Source of the DNA: a bacterium
Lineage (GTDB): Bacteria; Verrucomicrobiota; Kiritimatiellia; CAIKKV01; CAITUY01
Direction: 5' to 3'
DNA length: 64,000 bases
NCBI GenBank assembly: GCA_037143135.1
Contig: JBAWZH010000002.1
Location: 2,696-66,695 of the forward strand
Shown here: positions 26,376 through 36,394 of the stretch, one piece after another
Layout: every line of letters starts with the position of its first letter
Numbering within the stretch: position 1 is the stretch's first letter
Translations under genes and position numbers: made by a program
Notes under the pieces: model-generated
The model's database searches: none
The model's input: the letters and a program-made list of their open reading frames with translations, nothing else
Told to the model about the DNA's origin: nothing

Positions 26376-28079
26376 ATGAGCATTTCACGAAGCCCGATTC
26401 CCTCGTTGGCTCCACGATCTCTGAGGAAGGGCGAGCCCGGTATCATCCAGCGCTCCTTTCCATTCGGTGAAAAAAATGTCTCACGCCTTTTTTGCGATTC
26501 GCCCCTTGATCTCACGGTGACGTTGAACGTGGACAATTCAATCCCGCCCATCGTGCTCCTTCATACTGACATCCATGAGACCGGGCCGGGCGAATGGCAC
26601 GACATCCCTTTTACAACCCATGACAACAAGGTATTCCGACTCACCCGGATCATCCCCCATTGCGGCCTCTACCGGTTCAGGATTAAATATTCGCTGGATG
26701 GCGGCGACCAGTGGTTCTGGGATCGTGTCCCCCATTCCTATGTCATGGTTGACCCCCCCTCCATGCGTCTCGTTCGCCTCTACACCTTGATCCCCAACGC
26801 CTCGGGAACCATAACGGACTGGAAACGGCTTCTGCCAGGTATCCGGGGTATGGGGTTCGATACCCTGCACCTTCTGCCGGTCTCACAAATGGGTTTTTCA
26901 AATAGTCCCTATGCCGCCGCCAATCTCTTTGATGTTGATCCCCGCTACCGCGATCCTTCCGATCTCCGAAGCCCACTGGAGCAGTTTGAAGACTTCGTTG
27001 AATGTTGCCGTGCCCACGGCCTCCGGCTCTGTCTTGACCTCGTTCTGAACCATGTCTGTTCCGACAGCCAGATCGTCCACGCGCGGCCCGACTGGATTGT
27101 TCCGGATGATGTGGAGGCCGATGGGTTCAAGCGGGCGGGGTGTTGGCACATGCAAAGCTGGATCCGATGGAATGACCTGGTTCCCCTCTATTATGATCAT
27201 CCCGACACCTTTGCCCGCCGTGATATCTGGGACTACATGCAGCAATACGCATCCTTCTGGTCGAACTACGCCGCGTACACCGGGGGCATGGTACGATTCG
27301 ACAACCTTCACAGTAGTAACCATGATTTCATCACCGACCTCAATCGCTCCCTGCGCAAGGATTATCCCGACTTGGCGATTCTGGGCGAGTATTTCACCGA
27401 TGAACTCACTTTGGAGCGAACCGTTCCGGAGTGGGGCATCAATCTGCTGCTGGCGAACAGTTGGGAATATCCATTCGGCCCCACATTGCGCCACTACATC
27501 AGTTATCTGCACACTGTTTCCAGTCGGTTGCGCCATTTGTGCGCCATCACCACGCATGACACCGGTGTGCCGGCCCAACTGTTCGGGTCTGACCGCTCGG
27601 CGTTGCCCCGTTACGCCATCTGCGCCCTCTTCACCATGGGACACACCGGCCTGGTGCAGGGAGTCGAAGCAGGCGTCACCGAACGCATTCCCTTTATCGG
27701 ATCGATGCAGAAGCTCGGCTTGTCAGCCAATCCTGTCTTTGTGGATTTTTTTGCGCGGGTGAATGCGTTGCTGGCGTCCTCCGAGACGCTCAGGCAGGGA
27801 GGAAACTTGACCTTTGTCGATTCTGGCCATGAGGCCATTCTTGGCGCATTCAGGCGTAGCGGCAGCCGTCAGGATTCCAGTTACCTGTTACTTTCCAACC
27901 TCGATATATACCACGATCAAACAATTACCGTTAACCTCACCGGGTGTGAACTCACATTCCCTCTCGAAGTCAGGGATGTGTGGTCCGGCGAGACCACCCT
28001 GATCCAGGAACCCGTAGTTACCTTCACCCTTGAGTCCTGTGGAGTCAAAGTGCTTGAGTTCGTATCGAATACACCCTGA
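26376..28079 (+). CDS. Alpha-amylase family (GH13) protein, GlgE-like layout
   Basis: GFDTLHLLPV, LCLDLVLNHV (region I), MVRFDNLHS (region II, catalytic Asp) and ILGEYF (region III Glu), preceded by an N-terminal beta-rich domain of about 170 aa. The ATG at 26376 has GAAGGA upstream. Confidence 0.7.
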   Translation: MSISRSPIPSLAPRSLRKGEPGIIQRSFPFGEKNVSRLFCDSPLDLTVTLNVDNSIPPIVLLHTDIHETGPGEWHDIPFTTHDNKVFRLTRIIPHCGLYRFRIKYSLDGGDQWFWDRVPHSYVMVDPPSMRLVRLYTLIPNASGTITDWKRLLPGIRGMGFDTLHLLPVSQMGFSNSPYAAANLFDVDPRYRDPSDLRSPLEQFEDFVECCRAHGLRLCLDLVLNHVCSDSQIVHARPDWIVPDDVEADGFKRAGCWHMQSWIRWNDLVPLYYDHPDTFARRDIWDYMQQYASFWSNYAAYTGGMVRFDNLHSSNHDFITDLNRSLRKDYPDLAILGEYFTDELTLERTVPEWGINLLLANSWEYPFGPTLRHYISYLHTVSSRLRHLCAITTHDTGVPAQLFGSDRSALPRYAICALFTMGHTGLVQGVEAGVTERIPFIGSMQKLGLSANPVFVDFFARVNALLASSETLRQGGNLTFVDSGHEAILGAFRRSGSRQDSSYLLLSNLDIYHDQTITVNLTGCELTFPLEVRDVWSGETTLIQEPVVTFTLESCGVKVLEFVSNTP

Positions 28080-28092
28080 ATTGGTCTTGGTT

Positions 28093-28875
28093 ATGTCACA
28101 CTGCAAATGGATTTACGGCCGGAGACGGCGCGTCGCCGGTACGGTCAATGATCAACACCGCCGGGGATGGTGGTTACTACCGTGTATTGTATCTGTGGCA
28201 CTTTTGGCTTCCTCTCTCCCGGCCCGGATTGGCGAAACTCCCGAGAGATGCGCCGAACGCTATGTCTTGAAACAAACACCGGTGAAGTTAGCCACGGGAT
28301 TCTGGGACAAGGAGCAGTATTATGAAAAAAACGGGATCCAACTCTCGATCCGGTTTCTGCGTAGCCCGGAGGACGGACTGCGCGCGGAATATATCGAATA
28401 CCGCCCAATCAGCACATCTGGCGTCACTCTGTCAGAGGTGAAGATTAATTCTCTTCTCAGCATCGTCTCAACCAACTGGTCGAAATTGCTACCCTTGCCG
28501 CCTCTGACCCCGCCGACCAATGCCGTGCCGGACAGCGCCAAGACGTTGGCACGCACATCCAAGACCAAGATTATCACACTGGAGCAGACCAGTGGTATTG
28601 AGGAAAAACGACTCAAGAAAGAGGCCGCTGAACGCAAGGCTCTCGCCGAGTTGATCGAAAATCGGAATCGGGAGATCGCCCATCTCAAGGACGTTATCGG
28701 AGTAAAGATCATCCCCGGCACCAATTTCTGGCATACGGCGCAAGCGTACGCCTGCGGCAACGACACCAGCCTGACCCTCTTTACCGAAGCCTACGTTAAG
28801 GCCTACGACCATCACGTCGCATTAGAAAAAGCCCTTCAGAGAAGGGCTGCGGCCACTCCCCTGAAGGGATTTTAG
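28093..28875 (+). CDS. Hypothetical secreted protein
   Basis: Basic N-region plus hydrophobic core (RRGWWLLPCIVSVALLASSLPA), then a GETPERCAERY motif and a central charged coiled-coil-like segment. Confidence 0.5.
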   Translation: MSHCKWIYGRRRRVAGTVNDQHRRGWWLLPCIVSVALLASSLPARIGETPERCAERYVLKQTPVKLATGFWDKEQYYEKNGIQLSIRFLRSPEDGLRAEYIEYRPISTSGVTLSEVKINSLLSIVSTNWSKLLPLPPLTPPTNAVPDSAKTLARTSKTKIITLEQTSGIEEKRLKKEAAERKALAELIENRNREIAHLKDVIGVKIIPGTNFWHTAQAYACGNDTSLTLFTEAYVKAYDHHVALEKALQRRAAATPLKGF

Positions 28876-30837
28876 TCAGGTGTTGTAAATGTCACCCTTC
28901 CGGTAGGAAGCCCAGGCCGTCTCAAACCAGGCATCACTGTCCGTCATAGGCCGACGTGGCACCCATTTGGAGAGCACCGATCCATTCCGTTGAGCGATCG
29001 TCTCCTGAACCTTGTCGCGGAAGTCGGGATTCTCCCCGGCGAAACTCCATTGGGCTGGATCCAATTTACCGTGGGCTCGCTGGCCGGCCGGATCAAGCAC
29101 AATGCTCGACCCACGGCTACCCACGCCGCTTTCGATGGCAAACAGAACCGCCTCGATATAGACCGCATGGGCGAAGCAGAGTTGGCGGTTCTGAACGGCC
29201 TCGCAGAGATCCTTGGGCGTTGCGCCGGCGCAACCGCCCTTCTCCAGACGTTTCCACTGTGCCCAGGCTTCCTGAGCCGCCTTGCGCAAGTCGTCTTTCG
29301 ACCGGATGTGTGCGGCTGAACGACTCATGCGTTTCTGGAATTCTTCACGCTCCGCCCGCCAGTCGGTTATGGCAGGTCGTCCAATCAGTTCTCTGATTTC
29401 CTTCACGGCAAGCGATGCGGCAGACTGCAAGTCCCTGGCATCGCCGGACACACCGGCGTACCGGGCCGCAATATAATCAGCGACCCGGAACCCCGCCACC
29501 TGGCCGGAATTCAACGCCGACCCGCCCGGCCGATACACCCCGTGTGATCCATTCACCTCGCCCACCGGGAACAAGTGCTTCACAGTGGTCGATTCCCACC
29601 ACAGATTACCGGCCAGTCCCCCGTTATTGTGTTGTGCACACACGGCGATTTCCAGCGGATCGAGCCGGATATTGATGCCATGATCCTTGTAAAGTTCAAT
29701 GGCACCGGGATTCATTTTTTCAAGCCGCTCGATCGGGGTTCCCAGTATCGCCTTGGAATTCGTCAGATACTGAAGCGCCTCGGGGCTCAAATCCTCAAAC
29801 CGGAAGCCTTTCGGGTTATCCCTGAAATCCAGAAATACGCGGCGTCCCTTGAGGACTGTCTCGATGTACACGAGAATGTCCACAATCGAGGAACCGCCGG
29901 CGATCTTGCGGGAATCAAACGGCCACTGATACCCCTTGAGGAAAACCATGGAATTCATCTCGCCGACCGAATTGAAGTACTCGCCCATAAATTCACAAGC
30001 ATCGCTCTTGCCGTCGGCGTCCGTGCTGATGAACCGCGGAACGACCTGCATGTATGTCCCCGAGACATTCCAACGGAACGCGATCGACGCCAGGCCGTAC
30101 TGCGATTCAGGCAGGCTTTGCGCCGCCGCGCCGGCCATAAGGCCCACACCAATCGCCCCCGTGTGGATCTTGGGATACACACTGGTCTTGTACAACCCGC
30201 CCGGGCCTCCTACCGCGAGCACGATATTCTCCGCCGCATACAACTCGAGTTCCCCCTTGTCATCCAAAACTGCTGCGCCGACAACGCGAGTGTGATCCCC
30301 TGCGTCAGAAGTCAGGAGCGAGACCACCGTACGCCCCTCCCTGACCGGAATCTGGCATCGGTGGATCTCCCTGATCAGGGCCCGGCACATTTCACGGGAG
30401 GTGTAAGGGCCGATGGACGTGGCGCGTTGGCGGGGATCGTGATCCGTCTTATAACCGACAAACTGACCAAAACGATCCTGAGGGAACGGAACACCCAGAT
30501 TGACAAGGTTCAGGAAGGCCCGGGCCGAAAGGCTCGCCTCAACCAGCGCCAGGTCACCATGCATACTCCCGCCGGCCATGTAGGTCTCGGCCATAACCTT
30601 GGGGGCATCCGTGTCGACACCGCACATCGCCAGTTTGTAATAGGTCTGCTTGTCGCTTCCCGTGTTAATCGAGGTTCCCTTCTGGAGTCCCTCGGTTATG
30701 ATCAGCACATCCTCAATTCCCTTGCGATTCAACTGAAGCGCCGTATTGAGTCCCGCCGCCCCGCTGCCAATGACCAAGGTGTGGACGCGGCAGACGGACA
30801 CTTCATCGCCGTCAACTTTTAAAATTTCGTTCTGCAT
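28876..30837 (-). CDS. FAD-dependent oxidoreductase (fumarate reductase/succinate dehydrogenase/L-aspartate oxidase flavoprotein superfamily)
   Basis: 653 aa. N-terminal dinucleotide fold VHTLVIGSGAAGLNTALQL. Further typical segments are VLAVGGPGGLY and GEVNGSHGVYRPGGSALN. Confidence 0.8.
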   Translation of the reverse strand: MQNEILKVDGDEVSVCRVHTLVIGSGAAGLNTALQLNRKGIEDVLIITEGLQKGTSINTGSDKQTYYKLAMCGVDTDAPKVMAETYMAGGSMHGDLALVEASLSARAFLNLVNLGVPFPQDRFGQFVGYKTDHDPRQRATSIGPYTSREMCRALIREIHRCQIPVREGRTVVSLLTSDAGDHTRVVGAAVLDDKGELELYAAENIVLAVGGPGGLYKTSVYPKIHTGAIGVGLMAGAAAQSLPESQYGLASIAFRWNVSGTYMQVVPRFISTDADGKSDACEFMGEYFNSVGEMNSMVFLKGYQWPFDSRKIAGGSSIVDILVYIETVLKGRRVFLDFRDNPKGFRFEDLSPEALQYLTNSKAILGTPIERLEKMNPGAIELYKDHGINIRLDPLEIAVCAQHNNGGLAGNLWWESTTVKHLFPVGEVNGSHGVYRPGGSALNSGQVAGFRVADYIAARYAGVSGDARDLQSAASLAVKEIRELIGRPAITDWRAEREEFQKRMSRSAAHIRSKDDLRKAAQEAWAQWKRLEKGGCAGATPKDLCEAVQNRQLCFAHAVYIEAVLFAIESGVGSRGSSIVLDPAGQRAHGKLDPAQWSFAGENPDFRDKVQETIAQRNGSVLSKWVPRRPMTDSDAWFETAWASYRKGDIYNT

Positions 30838-30846
30838 GGCAACTCC

Positions 30847-31644
30847 TTAAAGTCTGTGGATCGTCTGTCCGCCATCGACCATGATCACCTGGCCGGTGGA
30901 ATAGGCAAGGTCACCGCGCGCCAACATGGCGGCGGCACGGCCGATGTCGGACGGATGCCCCCAGCGCGACTGCAAGAGCAAACCCTCGCCGATCAACTTG
31001 TCGTACTTCGCCGTCACTGCGGAGGTCATATCCGTCTTGATGATGCCGGGACGAATCTCATAAACGGGCAGGTCGTATTCCCCGAGGCGGGCCGCGTACA
31101 ACAGGGTGGCCATGCTGACACCTGCCTTGGAGATACAGTAGTCACCGCGCGTGACCGAGGCCACGGTAGAAGAAACCGAGGATATGTTGATAATGCAACC
31201 GGCAAAGGCCGGATCCGCCTTTTTCATCTCAATCATCCAATTTGCCACCGCCTGCGTGAGAAAGTAGGGCCCCTGCAGGTTGATTCTGATCAGACGTTCA
31301 AAACTTTCCTCCGTCGCCTCCAGAATGTCCGCGCGCACCTTCGGGGCGACGCCGGCGTTGTTGACCAGCACGTTGAGTCGGCCGAACTTCGCCTTGATCT
31401 GCTCCAGCATGGTCTTGCGTGCCATAGCATCCGTCACGTCGGCCCGGCAATAGAGAACCTCGGCGCCAAGTTTCCGGAGTCCGGCCATCGCCTCGGCAAC
31501 AACCGATTCTTCATGAACATCGCACACCACGATGTCCTTCCCATCCTTCGCAAGGCACTCGGCAATCCCGAGTCCAATCCCCCGTCCCGCCCCCGTTATC
31601 AAAGCCACGTGTTTCATAAGTCTTGCTACTTTCTCTGGAGTCAT
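30847..31644 (-). CDS. Short-chain dehydrogenase/reductase (SDR)
   Basis: ALITGAGRGIGLGIA (TGxxxGxG), NNAG and Y-x3-K (YCISKAG). An alternative start, MKHVALITG, lies at 31617. The ATG at 31644 overlaps the upstream stop (TAATG). Confidence 0.85.
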   Translation of the reverse strand: MTPEKVARLMKHVALITGAGRGIGLGIAECLAKDGKDIVVCDVHEESVVAEAMAGLRKLGAEVLYCRADVTDAMARKTMLEQIKAKFGRLNVLVNNAGVAPKVRADILEATEESFERLIRINLQGPYFLTQAVANWMIEMKKADPAFAGCIINISSVSSTVASVTRGDYCISKAGVSMATLLYAARLGEYDLPVYEIRPGIIKTDMTSAVTAKYDKLIGEGLLLQSRWGHPSDIGRAAAMLARGDLAYSTGQVIMVDGGQTIHRL

Positions 31645-32804
31645 TACGCCTTCAATGCGGGAATGGAGACCCAGGCCCGTTTCGCCCAGGACTCAAGCCC
31701 CTTCTCCGCCAATTGAACGCCCTTGGCGCCTTCCAATAGGCTCCAGCGGAACGGCTCATTCTTGACGACATGACGCAGGAACAATTCCCACTGAACCTTG
31801 AACGCATTGTCGTACTCCCGTTGCTCCGGGAGTTTCTGCCACCCTTCAAAGAAGTTTATCGGCTGGGGAATATCCGGATTCCAGACCGCGCGCGGAGTCG
31901 CCCCGTAGGATTGGACAACGACATCACGCAGGCCGGCCACGGCCGACCCGAGGGTTCCATCCACATGAAGTGTGAGCAAATCATCGCGACGGACACGCGT
32001 ACACCACGACGAGTTGAACTGCGCCAGGATATCGCCCTCGAGTTCAAAGGTGGCATAAGCGGAATCGTCGGAGGTGCACGTGTAGGGCTTACCCGCCTCG
32101 TCATAGCGTGTCTCAATATGCGTGGCTCCCCGACAGGACACGGCCTGTACGCCTCCAAATACATTATCCAGCACATACCGCCAATGGCAGAGCATGTCCA
32201 CAATCATGCCGCCGCCATCTTCTTTGCGGTAGTTCCACGAAGGGCGCTGAAGCGGAATCGTGTCGCCCTCGAAAACCCAATACCCGAATTCGCCACGCAC
32301 GGAAAGGATTTTTCCGAAGAACCCGCGGTGGATCAACTCTTTCAACTTCATCAGCCCGGGCAGCCACAGTTTGTCCTGGACCACACCGTTCTTCACGCCC
32401 GCTTTTTTCGCCAGGGTGTAGAGTTCATAGGCCTCCTTGGTCGTCACCGCCGTTGGCTTCTCGCAGTAAATGTGTTTACCGGCCCTGATGGCCTGTTTCA
32501 CGGCGGCCACGCGGCGGTCGGTTGTCTGCGCGTCAAAATAGATGGTGTTGTGCCTGTCGGCCAACACTTCCTCAAGGTTGGTTGTCCACCGTGTGAGGCC
32601 GGCGCGTTTGACCAATTGCTGGAGTTTCACGGGATTTCGGCCGACAAGAATCGGGTCAGGCATGATGATCTCCGACTCACTGATCTTGATGCCGCCTTGT
32701 TTGATAATCGCACAGATGGATCGCAACAGGTGCTGGTTGGTTCCCATGCGTCCTGTCACCCCGTTCATGATGATCCCGACCGTATGCACTTTAATCTCGC
32801 TCAT
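31644..32804 (-). CDS. Gfo/Idh/MocA-family NAD(P)-dependent oxidoreductase
   Basis: 386 aa. VGIIMNGVTGRMGTNQH Rossmann N-terminus and the IYCEKP motif (EKP box). Confidence 0.85.
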   Translation of the reverse strand: MSEIKVHTVGIIMNGVTGRMGTNQHLLRSICAIIKQGGIKISESEIIMPDPILVGRNPVKLQQLVKRAGLTRWTTNLEEVLADRHNTIYFDAQTTDRRVAAVKQAIRAGKHIYCEKPTAVTTKEAYELYTLAKKAGVKNGVVQDKLWLPGLMKLKELIHRGFFGKILSVRGEFGYWVFEGDTIPLQRPSWNYRKEDGGGMIVDMLCHWRYVLDNVFGGVQAVSCRGATHIETRYDEAGKPYTCTSDDSAYATFELEGDILAQFNSSWCTRVRRDDLLTLHVDGTLGSAVAGLRDVVVQSYGATPRAVWNPDIPQPINFFEGWQKLPEQREYDNAFKVQWELFLRHVVKNEPFRWSLLEGAKGVQLAEKGLESWAKRAWVSIPALKA

Positions 32805-32830
32805 CGTGTTCCCTTTCGTTGAAAAAATCC

Positions 32831-33490
32831 TTATCGTGCCGACACCGAGGAGGCAATGGCCAGGGCCTCACGGGTCAATTTCTCAATAGTCGCCCAGTCA
32901 TTGTCGGCAATCATCTTCTTTTCCACGATCCACGAGCCGCCAATGGCCGCAACCGAAGGTCGTTCAAGGTAGGATCTCATGTTGTTCAGGCCGATACCGC
33001 CCGTGGGCAGGAATTTGACGCCTGTATGGGAGTAAGGGCCTTCCAGGGCCTTCAGCATCGTCACGCCGCCTGCCGCCTCCGCTGGAAAGAACTTGAGGAT
33101 CCTGCAGTTCAACGACAGCGCCTTCTCTACCTCGGAAGGAGTCATGACGCCCGGAAACATCAGGATCCCGTGTGCTTCGGCGGCCTGGACGACGGCCTCG
33201 TTCAAGCCGGGCGCCAGGGCATAGGTGGCCCCTGAATCTGCAGCTCGCTTCAATTGATCCAGCCCGAGCACGGTTCCTGCGCCCACCAGAATCTCCGGAA
33301 ATCGTTTGGCGATCCGTCGGATGGATGCCGCCGCCGCCGCCGTACGGAAGGTGATCTCCATGATATCGAGACCGGCCCTGAGTAAAGTCTCAGCCAGGGG
33401 CTCCGCCTGTTCCTCATGATCCAACACGATCACCGGCACGATACGTTTGCTGGCAATACGTTCCAGCATGAGTTTACTCTTGTCGCTCAT
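32831..33490 (-). CDS. eda: 2-dehydro-3-deoxyphosphogluconate / 4-hydroxy-2-oxoglutarate aldolase
   Basis: 219 aa. IVPVIVLD, MEITFRT, GAGTVL, the Schiff-base lysine context LKFFPAEAAGG, and PTGGI. Confidence 0.85.
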   Translation of the reverse strand: MSDKSKLMLERIASKRIVPVIVLDHEEQAEPLAETLLRAGLDIMEITFRTAAAAASIRRIAKRFPEILVGAGTVLGLDQLKRAADSGATYALAPGLNEAVVQAAEAHGILMFPGVMTPSEVEKALSLNCRILKFFPAEAAGGVTMLKALEGPYSHTGVKFLPTGGIGLNNMRSYLERPSVAAIGGSWIVEKKMIADNDWATIEKLTREALAIASSVSAR

Positions 33491-33500
33491 GATAACTCCT

Positions 33501-34598
33501 TTATCGGATCACCCGCGCGCCTTTTCCCTTGATAATCGCCTCAACCTCTTTCACGGTCACCATGCTGGTGTCGCCGGGTGTGGTCATGGCCAGCGCCCCG
33601 TGGGCGGCGCCGTAGTCCACTGCCTCCTGCGGCGTTTTGCCGGATAGGAATCCGTAAATCAGGCCGGATGCAAAACTGTCGCCTCCGCCAACCCGGTCAT
33701 AAATCTCCAGGTTATCGCGCATGATGGACTGGTAAAACTCACCCCCGACATACAGGATCGCGCCCCAGTCGTTGACGGTGGCTGTCTTCGCATTGCGCAG
33801 TGTCGTCGCCACCGCCTTGAAGTTGGGATACATTTTAATGGCGTTGGCAATCATCTTCTTAAAATTTGAGGGATCAATCGTGGAAATATGTTCGTCCAGC
33901 CCCGGCACTTCAAAACCCAGGGCCGCCGTAAAGTCCTCCTCGTTCCCGAGCATCACATCCACGAGCGAGGCGATCTTGCGATTCACCTCGACCGCGCGTT
34001 GGATGCCGCCCTGCGATTTCCAGAGCGAGGCGCGAAAATTGAGATCATAGGATATCAACGTCCCCGCCGCCTTGGCCGCCTCCATCGCTTCGATGGTAAG
34101 ATCTGCCGTCGTGGCGGACAGGGCGGCAAAGATGCCGCCGCAGTGCAGCCAACGGGCGCCTTCATCCTTGAATAATTTTGCCCAGTTGATATCGCCGGGC
34201 TTGAGTTGGGACGCCGCAGAGTGACCGCGATCAGAGCACCCGACGGCGGCCCGCACTCCATAGCCGCGCTCGGTGAAATTCAATCCCACGCGCGCATCGC
34301 GGCCAATGCCGTCAAAAGGAACCCATTTTACATGGGAAAGATCGACGCCGCCCTGCAACATCAGATCCTCAAGCAAACGCCCGACCTCGTTATCGGTCAC
34401 GGCGGTCACCGCCGTGGTCTTGAGGCCGAAGCACCGGCGCAGGCCGCGCGCCACATTATACTCGCCGCCACCCTCCCAGACCTTGAATTCACGGGCCGTT
34501 CGGATGCGTCCCTCGCCCGGATCCAATCGCAACATCACCTCACCCAAAGAGACCGCATCCCACTTGCACCCCTCGCGAGCCTTGATCGTTAAACTCAT
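33501..34598 (-). CDS. kdgK: PfkB-family sugar kinase, 2-dehydro-3-deoxygluconokinase-like
   Basis: 365 aa. LGEVMLRLDP, GGEYNVA, DLNFR and the C-terminal GGGDSFASG...G anion-hole motif. It is adjacent to eda. Confidence 0.75.
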   Translation of the reverse strand: MSLTIKAREGCKWDAVSLGEVMLRLDPGEGRIRTAREFKVWEGGGEYNVARGLRRCFGLKTTAVTAVTDNEVGRLLEDLMLQGGVDLSHVKWVPFDGIGRDARVGLNFTERGYGVRAAVGCSDRGHSAASQLKPGDINWAKLFKDEGARWLHCGGIFAALSATTADLTIEAMEAAKAAGTLISYDLNFRASLWKSQGGIQRAVEVNRKIASLVDVMLGNEEDFTAALGFEVPGLDEHISTIDPSNFKKMIANAIKMYPNFKAVATTLRNAKTATVNDWGAILYVGGEFYQSIMRDNLEIYDRVGGGDSFASGLIYGFLSGKTPQEAVDYGAAHGALAMTTPGDTSMVTVKEVEAIIKGKGARVIR

Positions 34599-34614
34599 CG
34601 ACTTGATTCCCTTC

Positions 34615-35073
34615 TTAATGAGGTTTCTCTGTGCATTGCGGCGTTGCGCCGGACGGTAAAGGCGGCGCCTCTACACCCGCCTTCGGCAGGGTTCCCGCCA
34701 GTTCCTGTTTCCAATGCGCCACGTCACCGGAAGGCCCGTAGGTATAGATCATTTTCACCGGCGTCGCCCCGAGGTTGGAAATCTGATGAAAGACCCCGCT
34801 GGGAATGTAAGCCGCCTGGCCGGAGGTGAGAATCTGGCGCTCCGAACCGAGACACATCTCCGCCTGGCCCTCAAGGACGAAGTAAACTTCCTCCTGTTCC
34901 TGATTGTGCCAGGGCACCTGACCGCCATAGGGCTCCAGAGTGACAAAACCAACGGCGAAGTTATGGGCCTGAATGGGAGACATCCCCCCCACTACATTCT
35001 GGGTGCGACGCCGGGCCGGATAACGCCGTCCCTCAATCTTGTTCAAATCGGCTATGATCATACTGGAAGCCAT
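34615..35073 (-). CDS. Cupin-domain protein
   Basis: 152 aa. G.VPWHNQEQEEVYFVLEG....G....L..G.A.YIP.G..HQ..N is the two-motif cupin signature. Confidence 0.7.
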   Translation of the reverse strand: MASSMIIADLNKIEGRRYPARRRTQNVVGGMSPIQAHNFAVGFVTLEPYGGQVPWHNQEQEEVYFVLEGQAEMCLGSERQILTSGQAAYIPSGVFHQISNLGATPVKMIYTYGPSGDVAHWKQELAGTLPKAGVEAPPLPSGATPQCTEKPH

Positions 35074-35377
35074 TCCCTTTCAAAAAATTCAGAGCAAGAA
35101 TTTGACAGTCTTCAATCACTTCGTCAAGAGCGCATCTCCGGTGCAAAGCGATGTGACCACCAACGGATATCCACCAGCATGATGTGATAATACGCCGCTA
35201 TGGGTCTATAACCAATCTTGACCGACGCGCCAGATTTTCACATGTTCCCAACCATGAAAACGATATTTCAGGTCGATCTCAACGGTGTGGTAACAGTTTA
35301 GCGATACCCCAATTTACTTTACCCCCCTGTCCGAAACGCTTAGAGTCCACCCCTTATGAGAAGGGCGGTATAGATTC

Positions 35378-36382
35378 ATGCTTGTTGACATTGTCATGCT
35401 CGTCGTCAGTCTTTGCGTTATCCTGTTTGCCAGCATTGTGTTTACCAATGGCGTTGAACTGCTGGGACACCGTTGCGGGTTCCACCAGGGCGTCGTTGGC
35501 AGCATCCTGGCCGCCGTGGGAACCGCGCTCCCGGAGACCATCATCCCGGTCATCGCCATCCTTGTATTTAACAATGCGGCCGCCCATGAAGTCGGGATCG
35601 GAGCCATTGCAGGAGCCCCCTTTATGCTGGCCACATTGGCTTTCTGTATTACCGGCCTGGCGGTTCTGATCTATTCGGCATTGGGGCGCCGGACGCGAAC
35701 TATTCACACCGATGTCTCGGGAGTGACCCGCGACCTGTCTTTTTTCATCATTCTGTACACTGTTGCCATCCTGGCGTCATTTATTCACGGGCCTCATTGG
35801 ATCCGGTGGGTGATCGCGGCGGGTCTGGTTCTGGGGTATGGCTGGTATATCCGGCAAACCCTCTCCTCCGACGGACACGAGATCGAAGAGGTCGATATCC
35901 TGCACTTCAGCAAGTATCTCCATTTGCCGGAAAATCGAACCGTCATCATCGCCCAGATTCTCGCCTCCCTGGTTCTGATGACGGCGGGTGCGCACTACTT
36001 CGTTCATTATGTCAGCGCCATCTCGATTCAATTCGGACTCTCGGCCATGATCCTTTCGATCATCATCACGCCCATCGCCACGGAACTCCCTGAAAAATGC
36101 AATTCCGTCATTTGGGTGGGCAAGGGTAAAGACATTCTGGCGGTAGGCAACATCACGGGCGCCATGGTCTTTCAGAGCAGTTTTCCGGTGGCCTTCGGCG
36201 TCGCCCTCACGGCCTGGGATCTGACCGGGGTTCCTCTGGTCAGCGCACTACTCACCATCGCCTCGGCGCTGATGTTATATACTTGGGTCAGAATCAAGAA
36301 ATCTCTAAACCCCTATATCCTTCTGGTCGGCGGGTCGTTCTACCTGATCTTTATGGTTTACCTGATCATGCGTGGCGGCTGA
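35378..36382 (+). CDS. Ca2+/cation antiporter (CaCA, sodium/calcium exchanger membrane region) family protein
   Basis: 334 aa and polytopic. It has two alpha-repeat signatures, GSILAAVGTALPET and IITPIATELPEK. Confidence 0.8.
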   Translation: MLVDIVMLVVSLCVILFASIVFTNGVELLGHRCGFHQGVVGSILAAVGTALPETIIPVIAILVFNNAAAHEVGIGAIAGAPFMLATLAFCITGLAVLIYSALGRRTRTIHTDVSGVTRDLSFFIILYTVAILASFIHGPHWIRWVIAAGLVLGYGWYIRQTLSSDGHEIEEVDILHFSKYLHLPENRTVIIAQILASLVLMTAGAHYFVHYVSAISIQFGLSAMILSIIITPIATELPEKCNSVIWVGKGKDILAVGNITGAMVFQSSFPVAFGVALTAWDLTGVPLVSALLTIASALMLYTWVRIKKSLNPYILLVGGSFYLIFMVYLIMRGG

Positions 36383-36394
36383 GGCCTACAGAAT

